Part shown: piece by piece, positions 1-9,311 of the stretch | Layout: the number at the start of each line of letters is the position of its first letter | Numbering within the stretch: position 1 is the first letter of the stretch | Assembly: GCA_024875585.1 (NCBI GenBank) | Contig: GCA_024875585.1_4107.1 | Length of the DNA stretch: 64,000 nt | Origin: a phage | Strand: one strand, 5' to 3' | Notes under the pieces: model-generated | The model's database searches: none | What the model was told of the DNA's origin: nothing | What the model saw: the letters and a program-made list of their open reading frames with translations, nothing else | Translations under genes and position numbers: made by a program

Positions 1-26
1 AATTGAATCATATAATGTACAAGAAC

Positions 27-55
27 TTGATGTGAACAGTATTAAGTAGTATAAT
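27..55 (+). promoter_or_regulatory. sigma70-type promoter
   Basis: TTGATG(27-32)-17nt-TATAAT(50-55) upstream of 93..1334. Confidence 0.45.
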
Positions 56-92
56 AAATAATAATATATTATATGTTAAAGGAGGGCACACG

Positions 93-1334
93 ATGCCTAG
101 TGATTATAATAATGGTGATATGAAGCACAGAAATGGTGCAATTGTTCAACATTCAAAACGCAAGTCGGAGTACCGCCCTGCTGGAAACTATCATAGTGGT
201 AGAAAAATGAGTCGTAACCAAAGCACTGGTGCACAAGGTGTAGAAAATGCAAAGCCAGGTGAAGTAACAGATACTTCCAAAATGAATCAACATGAAAAAT
301 TAAAATACATGAATGCTTTGGGATTACTTAATGCTCATCAAAAAGAGCAACTAGCTGCAATGGATAAAGCACAAGAACGACCAGAAGCAGCAGAAGCCCC
401 CGCACAATCAAAAGCGACTAACCCTGTCAAAGAACTGTCTGATAAGTTAGGTAAGATCTTTGCAAATAAACCCCAACTTATTCAAGGTATTGTCAAAGAA
501 TTGCAATCTGTACCTAAAGAAGAATTAAAAGTCAAAGCACAAGCTGTTCTGGATGCAATGAAAGGAAACACCAGTACTGAACCAACCGAAGTATTCAGTA
601 CTATTATGCGTGCACTGGAAGGTAAACAACAAGGTGAAGAACGTGGTGATGAAGTAAGTCTTGAACGTGTTCTTAAAACATTTGATAGTATTGGGAAAGA
701 AGACCGTGTTAATGCACAACAGGTTAAAAATGTACTAGCAAAATTGGAAAACCGTCTAGAAGGTAAAGATGATAAGATTAAATTGGTATCCGATGCAGTT
801 GAAAATGCACTTAAATCTTATGTACAAGGTGAAAAGAGTCGTTTTGTAACTGCTATGGATGCTGCATTCAATACTATGAAAAAGTACGAAGCGGATCATG
901 GAGAGAAGGTAACACGAGATGGTTATTTGATGCGTGATGATGAAGAAGGTGCAGTGGAACAGAATGATGTTCATTCTGACGAAGATATTGATGACATGGA
1001 AGCAGAACTGTCACAGGACCGCCAAATGACTGAAAAATCTCACAATGAACTAAAGAAATTAATGCAGTGGGTTGCAGACGTAGGTGAAAAGGCGGGTGCT
1101 GACAAGAAGAGTATCAACCGAAACCTAAGTTGGATTAAAGATAAGGTTGGTAATAACGCTCGTAAACTACAAAAAGCATGGACTGATGTAGTGAATGGTG
1201 CAGTAGATATTGACGTTGAATCTGGTGAAGCATATGATTATGCATTGATTACACTTGATGATTCTTTTCGTGACTACGAAAAAGGAAACGTGACTCCTTG
1301 GGAAAAAGACATAATGAGCAAATACGGTAAATGA
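93..1334 (+). CDS. hypothetical protein (413 aa; basic N-terminus, K/E-rich helical body)
   Basis: long ORF; SD aaaggaggg just upstream of ATG; hairpin terminator follows. Confidence 0.85.
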   Translation: MPSDYNNGDMKHRNGAIVQHSKRKSEYRPAGNYHSGRKMSRNQSTGAQGVENAKPGEVTDTSKMNQHEKLKYMNALGLLNAHQKEQLAAMDKAQERPEAAEAPAQSKATNPVKELSDKLGKIFANKPQLIQGIVKELQSVPKEELKVKAQAVLDAMKGNTSTEPTEVFSTIMRALEGKQQGEERGDEVSLERVLKTFDSIGKEDRVNAQQVKNVLAKLENRLEGKDDKIKLVSDAVENALKSYVQGEKSRFVTAMDAAFNTMKKYEADHGEKVTRDGYLMRDDEEGAVEQNDVHSDEDIDDMEAELSQDRQMTEKSHNELKKLMQWVADVGEKAGADKKSINRNLSWIKDKVGNNARKLQKAWTDVVNGAVDIDVESGEAYDYALITLDDSFRDYEKGNVTPWEKDIMSKYGK

Positions 1335-1339
1335 TAACA

Positions 1340-1375
1340 AAAAGGTTGACTTCGGTCAGCCTTTTTTGTTATCAT
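1340..1375 (+). promoter_or_regulatory. bifunctional terminator hairpin / promoter (TTGACT across loop)
   Basis: aaaaggttgac-ttcg-gtcagcctttttt stem-loop with T-run; TTGACT(1346-1351)-18nt-TATCAT. Confidence 0.55.
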
Positions 1376-1400
1376 AGCTTTCCTAACTACAAAGGATGAC

Positions 1401-2045
1401 GTGATGACTAAGCAAGAAATATTCAAAACATTAATTGACATTTTACGTTCATCTAAAACTCGTTGTGCAATGGAGTTTGATATTCCTTACGCTGAACGAG
1501 TCATCTTTCCACAAGTAAAAGAGGCAGGGCTTACTTTACTTGGTATGGGGATGTACTCTGTAGTAGTTGAACATAAAAACTATCCAGGTCGTGCATTTAA
1601 AGTAACCACGTCACGATGGGATGGTTTTCGTGCTTATGCAAAGTACTGTATTGATAACACAGGAACTAAGTTTCTTCCTGTAATATACAGTGCAAATGAA
1701 CAAGGAAACTTTGGATGGTATGAAATGGATAAGTACTACCCTATCATTAAACAAAAAAATAATTATGATGACTTTGTTAGTACTAAAATTGGAGATTTGT
1801 ATTCGTATGCACATGCTGGTCAGCACGTAACTTCAGTGAATGAACTGCGTGGAAATTCAGAAGAGATTGCAATTGCAACTGTTGTAGCTAACATAATGAA
1901 AGAGTTTCATGGTCGTTTTGTACCAGACATTCATTCCAGTAATGTAATGATGGATAAAGATGGAAATTTATTCATCACTGACCCTATTTCGTGTGATGTA
2001 CGTCGAGAAATACCAATCACTGAAGAAGACCCAATTTTTTATTGA
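1401..2045 (+). CDS. atypical minimal protein-kinase-fold protein (RIO/Bud32/Kdo-kinase-like)
   Basis: G-loop-like LGMGMYSVV, AFKV lysine, catalytic-loop-like PDIHSSNVMM, LFITD in DFG position; ATG at 1404 after aaagga (GTG at 1401 also possible). Confidence 0.6.
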   Translation: MMTKQEIFKTLIDILRSSKTRCAMEFDIPYAERVIFPQVKEAGLTLLGMGMYSVVVEHKNYPGRAFKVTTSRWDGFRAYAKYCIDNTGTKFLPVIYSANEQGNFGWYEMDKYYPIIKQKNNYDDFVSTKIGDLYSYAHAGQHVTSVNELRGNSEEIAIATVVANIMKEFHGRFVPDIHSSNVMMDKDGNLFITDPISCDVRREIPITEEDPIFY

Positions 2046-2108
2046 CAGAACTTGTGTTCTGGTGTATATTAAGTGAATTATAAACAAATTGTGACACAGG
2101 ATTAAATC

Positions 2109-2390
2109 ATGCGTTCATTTGAAAACTTAATAGGTAAACTTCTTTTATCTGAAATTAGTGAAGACGTTAAGGAATTATGCAAATCAAAAAGTTACATTCA
2201 TTTGGATGAACTGTTTGTTAAGTACGGAGAGATTAGTTTTAAATCATTATTTGTTTTTACTATGAAAGTACATAGTTTAAAGTACTTCGATTTAAGTTAT
2301 AAAAATGGTCAACCAAATCTATATCATATGTATTATCTCAAGAATATAGAAGAAGCTCATATCTTATTTTCTGAATATCTGAAGGTATAA
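2109..2390 (+). CDS. hypothetical protein (93 aa)
   Basis: ORF in + strand gene train, abuts next gene. Confidence 0.6.
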   Translation: MRSFENLIGKLLLSEISEDVKELCKSKSYIHLDELFVKYGEISFKSLFVFTMKVHSLKYFDLSYKNGQPNLYHMYYLKNIEEAHILFSEYLKV

Positions 2391-2391
2391 A

Positions 2392-2730
2392 ATGGAACAA
2401 TATTTTGAATTAGTTAATAAAGTGTCATTCTATGTAGTGTCATTGGTTTGGGTTTATTTCATGTTTTGCTACATTATTGCATTCTTCCGATATACTACTT
2501 TATATGAACGTATCTATTATGATGCACCAATATCATTCTTGGTGTTCTGTGCATGTACCTGGGGAATATTAGAAGTACTGATATGTGGATATAGTACTGA
2601 TGAATTAAATCTGGTATCGGTATTGACTGGGTTATCACTTGGTGTTATGATATCTTTCTTTCCAGTATGGTTGTTCTTTGAACTGATCCATCGCATTGAT
2701 GTATGGCGTTCTAATATCCCTGAAAAATAA
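2392..2730 (+). CDS. family D small multi-pass membrane protein
   Basis: hydrophobic helices; basic tail ...WRSNIPEK; tandem with two paralogs. Confidence 0.75.
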   Translation: MEQYFELVNKVSFYVVSLVWVYFMFCYIIAFFRYTTLYERIYYDAPISFLVFCACTWGILEVLICGYSTDELNLVSVLTGLSLGVMISFFPVWLFFELIHRIDVWRSNIPEK

Positions 2731-2739
2731 GGATTGATA

Positions 2740-3081
2740 ATGATTTATTACACTAACGTGTTTGCCTATGCTGTTGCTTGCATTTACATTGTTTACTTCT
2801 TATTTGGTGGAGTGCTTTGCTTCTTTAAGTACAAAACACTGTTTAATAGGATGTATCCAAATCATCCTATTGTAGTTGTACTTTTGATTCTTTCTCTTTC
2901 CCAAATAATCGTTGAAACTACATTGGGTATCAGTAGTGTACATTATAGTTTTGGCACTATAGTAATTATTACTATGCTTATTGCATACATTTTAGTACTT
3001 GGATATGGTATATTTGGTAATGTTGGAATGAAAATGTATCATCGAATTAAAACCTTACGTGATAATCTACCGGAGCGTTAA
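2740..3081 (+). CDS. family D small multi-pass membrane protein
   Basis: ATG 2740 after aagga (track start 2734 is TTG); tail ...LRDNLPER. Confidence 0.75.
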   Translation: MIYYTNVFAYAVACIYIVYFLFGGVLCFFKYKTLFNRMYPNHPIVVVLLILSLSQIIVETTLGISSVHYSFGTIVIITMLIAYILVLGYGIFGNVGMKMYHRIKTLRDNLPER

Positions 3082-3082
3082 G

Positions 3083-3427
3083 ATGTATAATTTAAACCTA
3101 ATCTCATATATTATAACAACCCTGTTTACATTTTATGTCTATGTTGGTATAATCCTACTGTACTTTAAATTTTATAAAGTGTTTAACCGTTTCTATCCTT
3201 CAATGGAGAATGAGTTCTTCTTTGTGTTGTACGTCTGCTACACGCTAATGGCTACTTGTTTCACTGTAGTTGATGGTATCATTGGTATTAAAGCAGATGG
3301 ACCAAATGGTAGTACGCTGGTTGCATTTATTCTTACCGGATTCTTGGCAACTTATATTACCTTCATTTCAACATGGTCAGTGGTTGAATTTCTCTTACGA
3401 CTACGAAAGAATATGCCGAATCGATAG
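3083..3427 (+). CDS. family D small multi-pass membrane protein
   Basis: ATG 3083 after ggag; tail ...LRKNMPNR; track start 3059 overlaps previous gene. Confidence 0.75.
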   Translation: MYNLNLISYIITTLFTFYVYVGIILLYFKFYKVFNRFYPSMENEFFFVLYVCYTLMATCFTVVDGIIGIKADGPNGSTLVAFILTGFLATYITFISTWSVVEFLLRLRKNMPNR

Positions 3428-3436
3428 GAGACATAT

Positions 3437-3694
3437 ATGTTTGCATTGCGTAACAAAAACACTAAAGAATTATTATGTATTGATACAGTATGGGATTGTG
3501 CGGGTTCAACTACTGTTCTTGAAGAAGGTACTGGATATTGCGTGTTTGTTGTTCATGATAGGAATGAACTCGAATCATTGCTTGCTGAGTTTAATGCTGG
3601 TGGTAATCCTAACAGTACTAAATTCCCTGTGATTGTTAATCCAGCACCACCTGGTTCTTATGAAATTCTAACACTATGTGAGATGGATAAGTAA
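3437..3694 (+). CDS. hypothetical protein (85 aa), paralog of 5579..5848
   Basis: SD aggag; MFALRNKNTKE.. / ..VVHDRNELESLL resembles MYALYNKEKKQ.. / ..YVHDDVSVLQRLL. Confidence 0.7.
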   Translation: MFALRNKNTKELLCIDTVWDCAGSTTVLEEGTGYCVFVVHDRNELESLLAEFNAGGNPNSTKFPVIVNPAPPGSYEILTLCEMDK

Positions 3695-4074
3695 TGCGTC
3701 AAATGTACAAAGTGACCGAGCTAAACAAGCGTCTAGTTAAACAATCAATGTTCGAGGATAAAGAGTCTTATTATAACTTTAAACGTGCTGTAGAGGCTGC
3801 TATCCACATTCAGAAGCTTAAAGAACGTGGTTGTATTATTTTGGAAAATGGATCGGAAGTTGTATCGGATGACTTTAGTGTAGCGTTTGATGTTTCACCT
3901 GATGGGACGCTATCAATGCCCCGCTTAGGAACTGGAAACATGACTGTTTGGGTTGGCTTCACTATGGGTAATGTACCAGGCACAGTGTATGTAGATGATA
4001 TGGAGTTGAAAGAAAGCTTCAAAAACTTATCTTATCTTGAACCACAATACGCACATGAAATGAATTTATTTTGA
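3694..4074 (+). CDS. hypothetical protein (126 aa)
   Basis: TAATG overlap with upstream gene. Confidence 0.7.
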   Translation: MRQMYKVTELNKRLVKQSMFEDKESYYNFKRAVEAAIHIQKLKERGCIILENGSEVVSDDFSVAFDVSPDGTLSMPRLGTGNMTVWVGFTMGNVPGTVYVDDMELKESFKNLSYLEPQYAHEMNLF

Positions 4075-4075
4075 G

Positions 4076-4132
4076 TTGACAAACACATTCAGTACTGTAT
4101 AATGCTTATCAAGGGGATGAACTTCTCATCCC
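4076..4132 (+). promoter_or_regulatory. sigma70-type promoter + leader hairpin
   Basis: TTGACA(4076-81)-16nt-TATAAT(4098-4103) with cagtacTG; hairpin GGGGATGA-acttc-TCATCCC 4113-4132. Confidence 0.6.
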
Positions 4133-4150
4133 TACAATCGAGGAACGACC

Positions 4151-4705
4151 ATGATTACTTTTAAGAAAACTGCTAACCACATCCATGAAATCTACATTAA
4201 CGGTCACAAAGCTGGCCTTCTTCGTTTACTCAGCCATCATCCTGATGTTATTGTATCTGATAATGAACCCAAAGATTGGCGTGTCTTTTTCTTTGGGAAG
4301 TACAGTGATTTTCAAGTATCAAATCTGAAGAACATTCGTTCAGTATGCACGTTAACTGAAATTAAAGAAAAGTTAGTAAAAGCATTGAAAACTAATCCAG
4401 ATGCAGTTCTTCCACCAGATAACTTTGTAGAGAAAGGTTATGCCTTAGCTCATTTCAAAGATGGCACTATTCAATCTATCAGCACTGCATATGAATATCA
4501 ATGGACTGAGTACTTCACTTATGGCTCCCGTGAAACTTTGATGGCTTCACGTAGTGAATTGGAAGAAGTAATAACTATTATAAATGAACGTGAACGTCAT
4601 TTATATGATAAACCTGAAATGTGGAGTTCAAATTACATTGACCGTATTGACTATGTTATTATGACTCCAATCTTTGACACTGCTTACTATGATTCTTTGA
4701 AATAA
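4151..4705 (+). CDS. hypothetical protein (184 aa)
   Basis: SD gaggaa; clean ORF. Confidence 0.8.
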   Translation: MITFKKTANHIHEIYINGHKAGLLRLLSHHPDVIVSDNEPKDWRVFFFGKYSDFQVSNLKNIRSVCTLTEIKEKLVKALKTNPDAVLPPDNFVEKGYALAHFKDGTIQSISTAYEYQWTEYFTYGSRETLMASRSELEEVITIINERERHLYDKPEMWSSNYIDRIDYVIMTPIFDTAYYDSLK

Positions 4706-4716
4706 GGATAACTTAT

Positions 4717-4893
4717 ATGAAACTACGTACTCGTAATCGTTTGATGGATGCACTGTACCACGAACAATGTACAATGAATGATGTAAAGCGTCAGTTAATG
4801 TATACATATCAGTTACCAGCCCGTGCTGCGAAACAACGTTCCAAAGAATTACTGAAAGAAGCTATCGAGTACTGGGAATCTGATTCGTACTAA
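4717..4893 (+). CDS. hypothetical small protein (58 aa; below ORF-track cutoff)
   Basis: ATG 4717 after taaggat; MKLRTRNRLMDALYHEQ...EYWESDSY; fills an otherwise empty gap. Confidence 0.5.
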   Translation: MKLRTRNRLMDALYHEQCTMNDVKRQLMYTYQLPARAAKQRSKELLKEAIEYWESDSY

Positions 4894-4932
4894 TATTACG
4901 TGATATGTCACGTTAATTAAGTGAGACTATAA

Positions 4933-5193
4933 ATGAAAATTTTATTAGTTCTAATACTACTAATACTACTAATTGTTTTACCATTTACTTTAGTATCTCC
5001 TGAACTTGCATGGAATGTGTTTGTGTACTTAGTATGTACTATTGCGGTAAATGGTATCTTGTTCTTAGTTCTATTCATAAATGGAATAGGACACGGGGGT
5101 GGGTGGACCAGTACTGCTGATATTGTACATAAAACCACTATGTCTTTATTTGTAGTGTGGAATTTATTCTGGACTTGGTTTGTGTTCTTCTAA
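4933..5193 (+). CDS. small membrane protein (86 aa)
   Basis: very hydrophobic, 3 predicted TM runs; stop directly abuts next ATG. Confidence 0.65.
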   Translation: MKILLVLILLILLIVLPFTLVSPELAWNVFVYLVCTIAVNGILFLVLFINGIGHGGGWTSTADIVHKTTMSLFVVWNLFWTWFVFF

Positions 5194-5577
5194 ATGAAAA
5201 AAAATATGAATATAGATTTGAAAGGTGCAACCAGAACTGTTATCCTCATTGGTGAATACGCTATCAAGATTCCAACCTTCAAAAGCTGGAAGTTATTCTT
5301 AACGGGAATGATAGCTAACCTAAATGAACGTTCGTGGATGCAGTACTCCAATCGTAGTGACAGTAGTATCTGTCCTACGTTGTGGTCATCATGTACTGGA
5401 CTAATAACTGTACAGAAACGTTGTAAGCCAGTACAACATAGGGGTTTATTTTGGGTGGAGTTGTGTGCTTTAGCATTGAATTCTGAGTTAAGTATTGACT
5501 TCTTCTATTCAGATGCGAAGCCAGAAAACTTTGGGTATCTGGGTGGTAAGTTAGTTAAACTTGATTATGGAGATTAA
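5194..5577 (+). CDS. minimal kinase-fold protein ending right after the DFG-like motif
   Basis: GATRTVILIGEYAIKIP (G-loop + Lys), SDAKPENFGY (D-x-K-P-x-N catalytic loop), KLDYGD (DFG-like) then stop. Confidence 0.55.
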   Translation: MKKNMNIDLKGATRTVILIGEYAIKIPTFKSWKLFLTGMIANLNERSWMQYSNRSDSSICPTLWSSCTGLITVQKRCKPVQHRGLFWVELCALALNSELSIDFFYSDAKPENFGYLGGKLVKLDYGD

Positions 5578-5578
5578 T

Positions 5579-5848
5579 ATGTACGCATTGTATAATAAAG
5601 AAAAGAAACAATTTGCTAAGGTTGAAATTTCGATTGATACATTTGATATGTTGGAGTACTGTATTGTAACGGACCCATGTGCTAACTTGTATTACGTTCA
5701 TGATGACGTATCAGTACTGCAACGATTGCTTGAGAGTTCAAAAAGTCAATGTCAGGGAATCCATGATGGTTCATCCTATGAAACTCCTGAGTGTTCATAT
5801 GGCTGTCTGGATGGATATGAGATTGTTAAGTTAGGGATCGTTGAATAA
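5579..5848 (+). CDS. hypothetical protein (89 aa), paralog of 3437..3694
   Basis: ATG 5579 after ggag; track start 5561 overlaps upstream gene. Confidence 0.65.
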   Translation: MYALYNKEKKQFAKVEISIDTFDMLEYCIVTDPCANLYYVHDDVSVLQRLLESSKSQCQGIHDGSSYETPECSYGCLDGYEIVKLGIVE

Positions 5849-5850
5849 AG

Positions 5851-5887
5851 AAAAGGGTTGACTTTAGTCAGCCCTTTTTTCTATAAT
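5851..5887 (+). promoter_or_regulatory. bifunctional terminator hairpin / promoter
   Basis: aaaagggttgac-ttta-gtcagcccttttt; TTGACT(5858-63)-18nt-TATAAT(5882-87); near-identical copy at 10530. Confidence 0.6.
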
Positions 5888-5915
5888 CATTTCATCGGAA
5901 CGGAAGGATGTTGAA

Positions 5916-6398
5916 ATGAACTATTTAGATTTAATTAATACGTATGTCATCAGCCCATATCTTAACGATGAAAGTATCAAATGTGTAGTATCTGTTGATA
6001 ATCATCCAAATGGTGCATTAGAACTATTCGGTGCAGGACAGATTAACAATCGTTGTGGGTATACTTTTGAGTACTTACCAGAAAGAGATGTATTTGGTTG
6101 TTATGACCACAAAATCAAAAAAGGTGCTATATGGGGTAATCACAAAGATATTGCACAATCTTCACTTTTCGAAGATCATAATGGATATATGTGGCGTTCT
6201 CTTGGTGCAGTCCTACTTGATATCGCCCGTAGATATAAAAAGCGTATAACTCTTACTTATACACATACAGTTGAATATAAAAATGAAGTACAAGTAGAAG
6301 ATGAAGAATTTTTTAAAAGTATCCCGTACATTGAATTCAACTTCCAAAACGGGTATGCTATATATCCTGATGATTTTATTGGTGAAAAATATTTTTAA
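5916..6398 (+). CDS. hypothetical protein (160 aa)
   Basis: SD ggaagga; clean ORF. Confidence 0.8.
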   Translation: MNYLDLINTYVISPYLNDESIKCVVSVDNHPNGALELFGAGQINNRCGYTFEYLPERDVFGCYDHKIKKGAIWGNHKDIAQSSLFEDHNGYMWRSLGAVLLDIARRYKKRITLTYTHTVEYKNEVQVEDEEFFKSIPYIEFNFQNGYAIYPDDFIGEKYF

Positions 6399-6405
6399 AA
6401 AATAT

Positions 6406-6433
6406 TTGAAAAGAAAAGAATAAGTGCTATAAT
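6406..6433 (+). promoter_or_regulatory. sigma70-type promoter
   Basis: TTGAAA(6406-11)-16nt-TATAAT(6428-33), then ttacatcaagacaac leader as at other promoters. Confidence 0.5.
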
Positions 6434-6489
6434 TATTACATCAAGACAACAAACACTAACATGTAAACGCTACTAATTAGGAGACACAC

Positions 6490-6900
6490 ATGATTAACAA
6501 ACATTTCGCAGTTTCTAAAACAGTAACCATCGATAACGAATGGGAAATTACTATTCTTAATGATCCTGCTCGTGGGTTGCTTGCAGAGAATCTTGTACAG
6601 AAATACATCGACTGTAAGTCTGAATTGATTATTCACGACCGTACCAAATTTCTTCTCATCAATGGCAAGAAGTGTAAAGTATTAGTATTCACGGATAAAA
6701 TGAGCCGTGCAGACATTATCACCAAATTGGTAAGTTCTTCACGTCACCGCCCAGGAGTTAACAAATCTATCGAAGAAGTTAAAGATATGAAGCCTGGTGA
6801 TTTATTCATTATTGCGGGTTTTGATTCTAAAACAAGAGAAATGTACATTTCAGAAATGTACACTAATGCTGAAATGCGTAACAAATTCTTCTCTAACTAA
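6490..6900 (+). CDS. hypothetical protein (136 aa)
   Basis: SD taggag; clean ORF. Confidence 0.75.
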   Translation: MINKHFAVSKTVTIDNEWEITILNDPARGLLAENLVQKYIDCKSELIIHDRTKFLLINGKKCKVLVFTDKMSRADIITKLVSSSRHRPGVNKSIEEVKDMKPGDLFIIAGFDSKTREMYISEMYTNAEMRNKFFSN

Positions 6901-6931
6901 TCAACCTAATTATGTATTATACAAATCTATA

Positions 6932-8149
6932 ATGGATAAAAATATGATCTTCGAAACAGAAAAAACTTTACTTGAAACTTATACTTTAGAAAATCTTGTA
7001 CAACTTAATCTGGCCCGTCCTGATATTCAACGAAACTGGCAATGGAAAAGTAATAATCAAAATAATCTTATAATTTCTATTCTAAAGAATTCACCAATTG
7101 GACAATTTTTGGTATGGAATGAAACTTCTTCAAATACAATGTACATTACTGATGGACGCCATCGTTATACTGTAATTTCAAACTTCATTAATAATAAGTT
7201 CCCAGTAACAGTTAAAACCGAAAGTGGAACCAAAGATTATTATTATGGTTCTGACGATCCAATCGAAGAAGAAAACATTTCACTAAAACTTGGTGGTAAA
7301 AGTAAGACTTGGAATTTCTTATCAAAAGAAGAGCGTAATGCTTTTCGCAATAAAGAAGTATCAGTAACATTTGTTCATACAGATGATGCTGAGAAGATTT
7401 CTGAAATGTTTATGGCTATCAACACTGCTTCATCTAATTTGTGTAAAGTAGACTTGCTGGTATGCAAGCACCACAAAAATGCATACATGAAACGTATTGA
7501 TAAACTATTTTCAATTGAGATTGAAAAAGATGACCAAATGGCAGTTCTAGTTAGCGATTTCTATCGTGCAATCGGACACTGTAATGTCAACGGTAATTAC
7601 GAGAAACATTTAGCTAAACTTAAAGCTAACCCAAAAGTTCAGAAGCGTGAATTTTTTGAGATGTATTTTATGGTACGAGCCTTCACCAAATTGTGTCGTG
7701 ATGCTTTAAACGATACATTGAATTCATATCGTATGCCTAAGATGAATAAACAAATTGAAGATGCTATTATTAGTACTGAATCACTGAGTGAACAGCAAGC
7801 TAACGCCGATTTTGTTCAGTTCGTGAATGCAGTTCGTGAGATGAACCTTGTATCTCCAATAAAAGATTTACAAAAGTTTCAATTCATCCACGAAGATATG
7901 AAGAATACCTTTAACAAGCGTCTTTTTTGTATCTTAATGGGATTATATTATGCTTACGGTACACGTTTACCATTGCATTTTCGTGATGTTTGGTGTGCCA
8001 TTTATAATGAAATGTCAGAAAAAAGTACTGAACTACCAACAAACGGGACTGATAGTTCTTCTGCTATTGTAGCTGGTATCCAATTGATTGAACCGTACTT
8101 TAGTTCAGCCTTTAATAATATTTCATTGAGTGCTCGCGTGGGAAAGTGA
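6932..8149 (+). CDS. DUF262 (ParB/Srx-fold, GmrSD N-terminal-like) domain protein
   Basis: PDIQRNWQW, LIISILKNSPIGQFLVW, ITDGRHRYTVISNFI match the DUF262 FQR..W / PIG / DGQQR pattern; start at first ATG after stop of 6490..6900. Confidence 0.7.
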   Translation: MDKNMIFETEKTLLETYTLENLVQLNLARPDIQRNWQWKSNNQNNLIISILKNSPIGQFLVWNETSSNTMYITDGRHRYTVISNFINNKFPVTVKTESGTKDYYYGSDDPIEEENISLKLGGKSKTWNFLSKEERNAFRNKEVSVTFVHTDDAEKISEMFMAINTASSNLCKVDLLVCKHHKNAYMKRIDKLFSIEIEKDDQMAVLVSDFYRAIGHCNVNGNYEKHLAKLKANPKVQKREFFEMYFMVRAFTKLCRDALNDTLNSYRMPKMNKQIEDAIISTESLSEQQANADFVQFVNAVREMNLVSPIKDLQKFQFIHEDMKNTFNKRLFCILMGLYYAYGTRLPLHFRDVWCAIYNEMSEKSTELPTNGTDSSSAIVAGIQLIEPYFSSAFNNISLSARVGK

Positions 8150-8358
8150 AAAATCGTGGAATACTAAATATTTCACAAAAACAATATATTTTGAAAAAAT
8201 ATCCCGTTTGTTATCTTTGTAAACAATTTATATTAGATACAGATAAACCACACTTTGATCATGTACAGTCATTGAAAAATGGTGGTAGTAATGACCTAGA
8301 AAATATTAGACCAACGCACCCCATTTGTAATTTACGCAAAGGTGCTAAAAGTATGTAG
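8146..8358 (+). CDS. HNH endonuclease (70 aa)
   Basis: CYLCKQ...HFDHVQSLKNGGSNDLENIRPTHPICNLRKG; GTGA start/stop overlap with DUF262 gene. Confidence 0.75.
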   Translation: MKNRGILNISQKQYILKKYPVCYLCKQFILDTDKPHFDHVQSLKNGGSNDLENIRPTHPICNLRKGAKSM

Positions 8359-8407
8359 AATAAAGACTCCCATTGACTGGGAGTCTTGTTATATTAAAAG
8401 GATTTAT

Positions 8408-9244
8408 ATGAGTATTAAAAATAAATTAGATCAGTATTATACAAAACCAGAGTATGCTGTAGATTGTTATACTAAATCATTAGAATTAATTTCTGAACGT
8501 ATGGATATTAGTTCATCGTATTTTATGGAACCATGTGTCGGTACTGGTTCATTTTATCTACAATTTCCTGAAGAACGTCGTTTTGGTTGTGATATCGAAC
8601 CAGTACATCTTGATGAAAATGTTATACATTCTGATTTTTTGCTTGAGTTCGGGATTAATGCAAGAAGTAAAGGTGAGCCAATAATTGTTATAAGTAATCC
8701 ACCATTTGGTAAGATTTCTTCTTTGGCTATCAAATTCTTTAATAAATGTGCATCTATGCCTGAAGTGAAATATATTTGTTTTATTGTACCTAAGACATTC
8801 CGTAAAGTTGCAACACAGAATAAACTAAACGAGATGTTCCATCTTGTTCTTGATGAAGATTCACCACATGATGCTTTTATTCTGCATGGCGAACCGCATC
8901 ATGTACCATGTGTATTTCAGATATGGGAGCGTAGAGATGAAGTTCGTGAACAACACGAAATTAAAAATAAATCAAACTACTTCCAGTTTTGTACTAAGGA
9001 TGAAGCGGATATTTACATTAAGCGTGTAGGAACTAAAGCTGGTGAGTATGCTGCACCTGGTAAAGAACACAAAGATGCAAGTATGTACTACATTAAAACT
9101 GATTATGTTGATGAAATTATTAGAATTTTGCAAAGTGAAGACTACATTGACGAGATTAAACGTATACGCAAAACCACCGCTGGTGTATTCTGTGTATCTA
9201 AATCTGAACTTGTACTGAACATTGAAAAACGTTTGAATTTTTAA
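8408..9244 (+). CDS. N6-adenine DNA methyltransferase (gamma-type motif order)
   Basis: YYTKPE (motif X-like), EPCVGTGSF (motif I), VISNPPFG (motif IV NPPF); ATG 8408 after aaagga. Confidence 0.75.
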   Translation: MSIKNKLDQYYTKPEYAVDCYTKSLELISERMDISSSYFMEPCVGTGSFYLQFPEERRFGCDIEPVHLDENVIHSDFLLEFGINARSKGEPIIVISNPPFGKISSLAIKFFNKCASMPEVKYICFIVPKTFRKVATQNKLNEMFHLVLDEDSPHDAFILHGEPHHVPCVFQIWERRDEVREQHEIKNKSNYFQFCTKDEADIYIKRVGTKAGEYAAPGKEHKDASMYYIKTDYVDEIIRILQSEDYIDEIKRIRKTTAGVFCVSKSELVLNIEKRLNF

Positions 9245-9250
9245 AATACA

Positions 9251-9283
9251 GGGTTGACTTAGGTCAGCCCTTTTTGCTAAAAT
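9251..9283 (+). promoter_or_regulatory. bifunctional terminator hairpin / promoter
   Basis: gggttgac-ttag-gtcagccc+ttttt; TTGACT(9254-59)-18nt-TAAAAT. Confidence 0.55.
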
Positions 9284-9311
9284 TCTTTCATCGAAACGTG
9301 AGGATGAATAC

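Noticed and set aside
8363-8397. The hairpin aagactccca-ttgac-tgggagtctt with TTGACT in the loop, as another terminator/promoter element
   Set aside because: No -10-like hexamer lies 16-18 nt downstream (the nearest TATATT/TATTAA are 11-13 nt away) and there is no T-run. It is kept only as a possible inter-cistronic hairpin.
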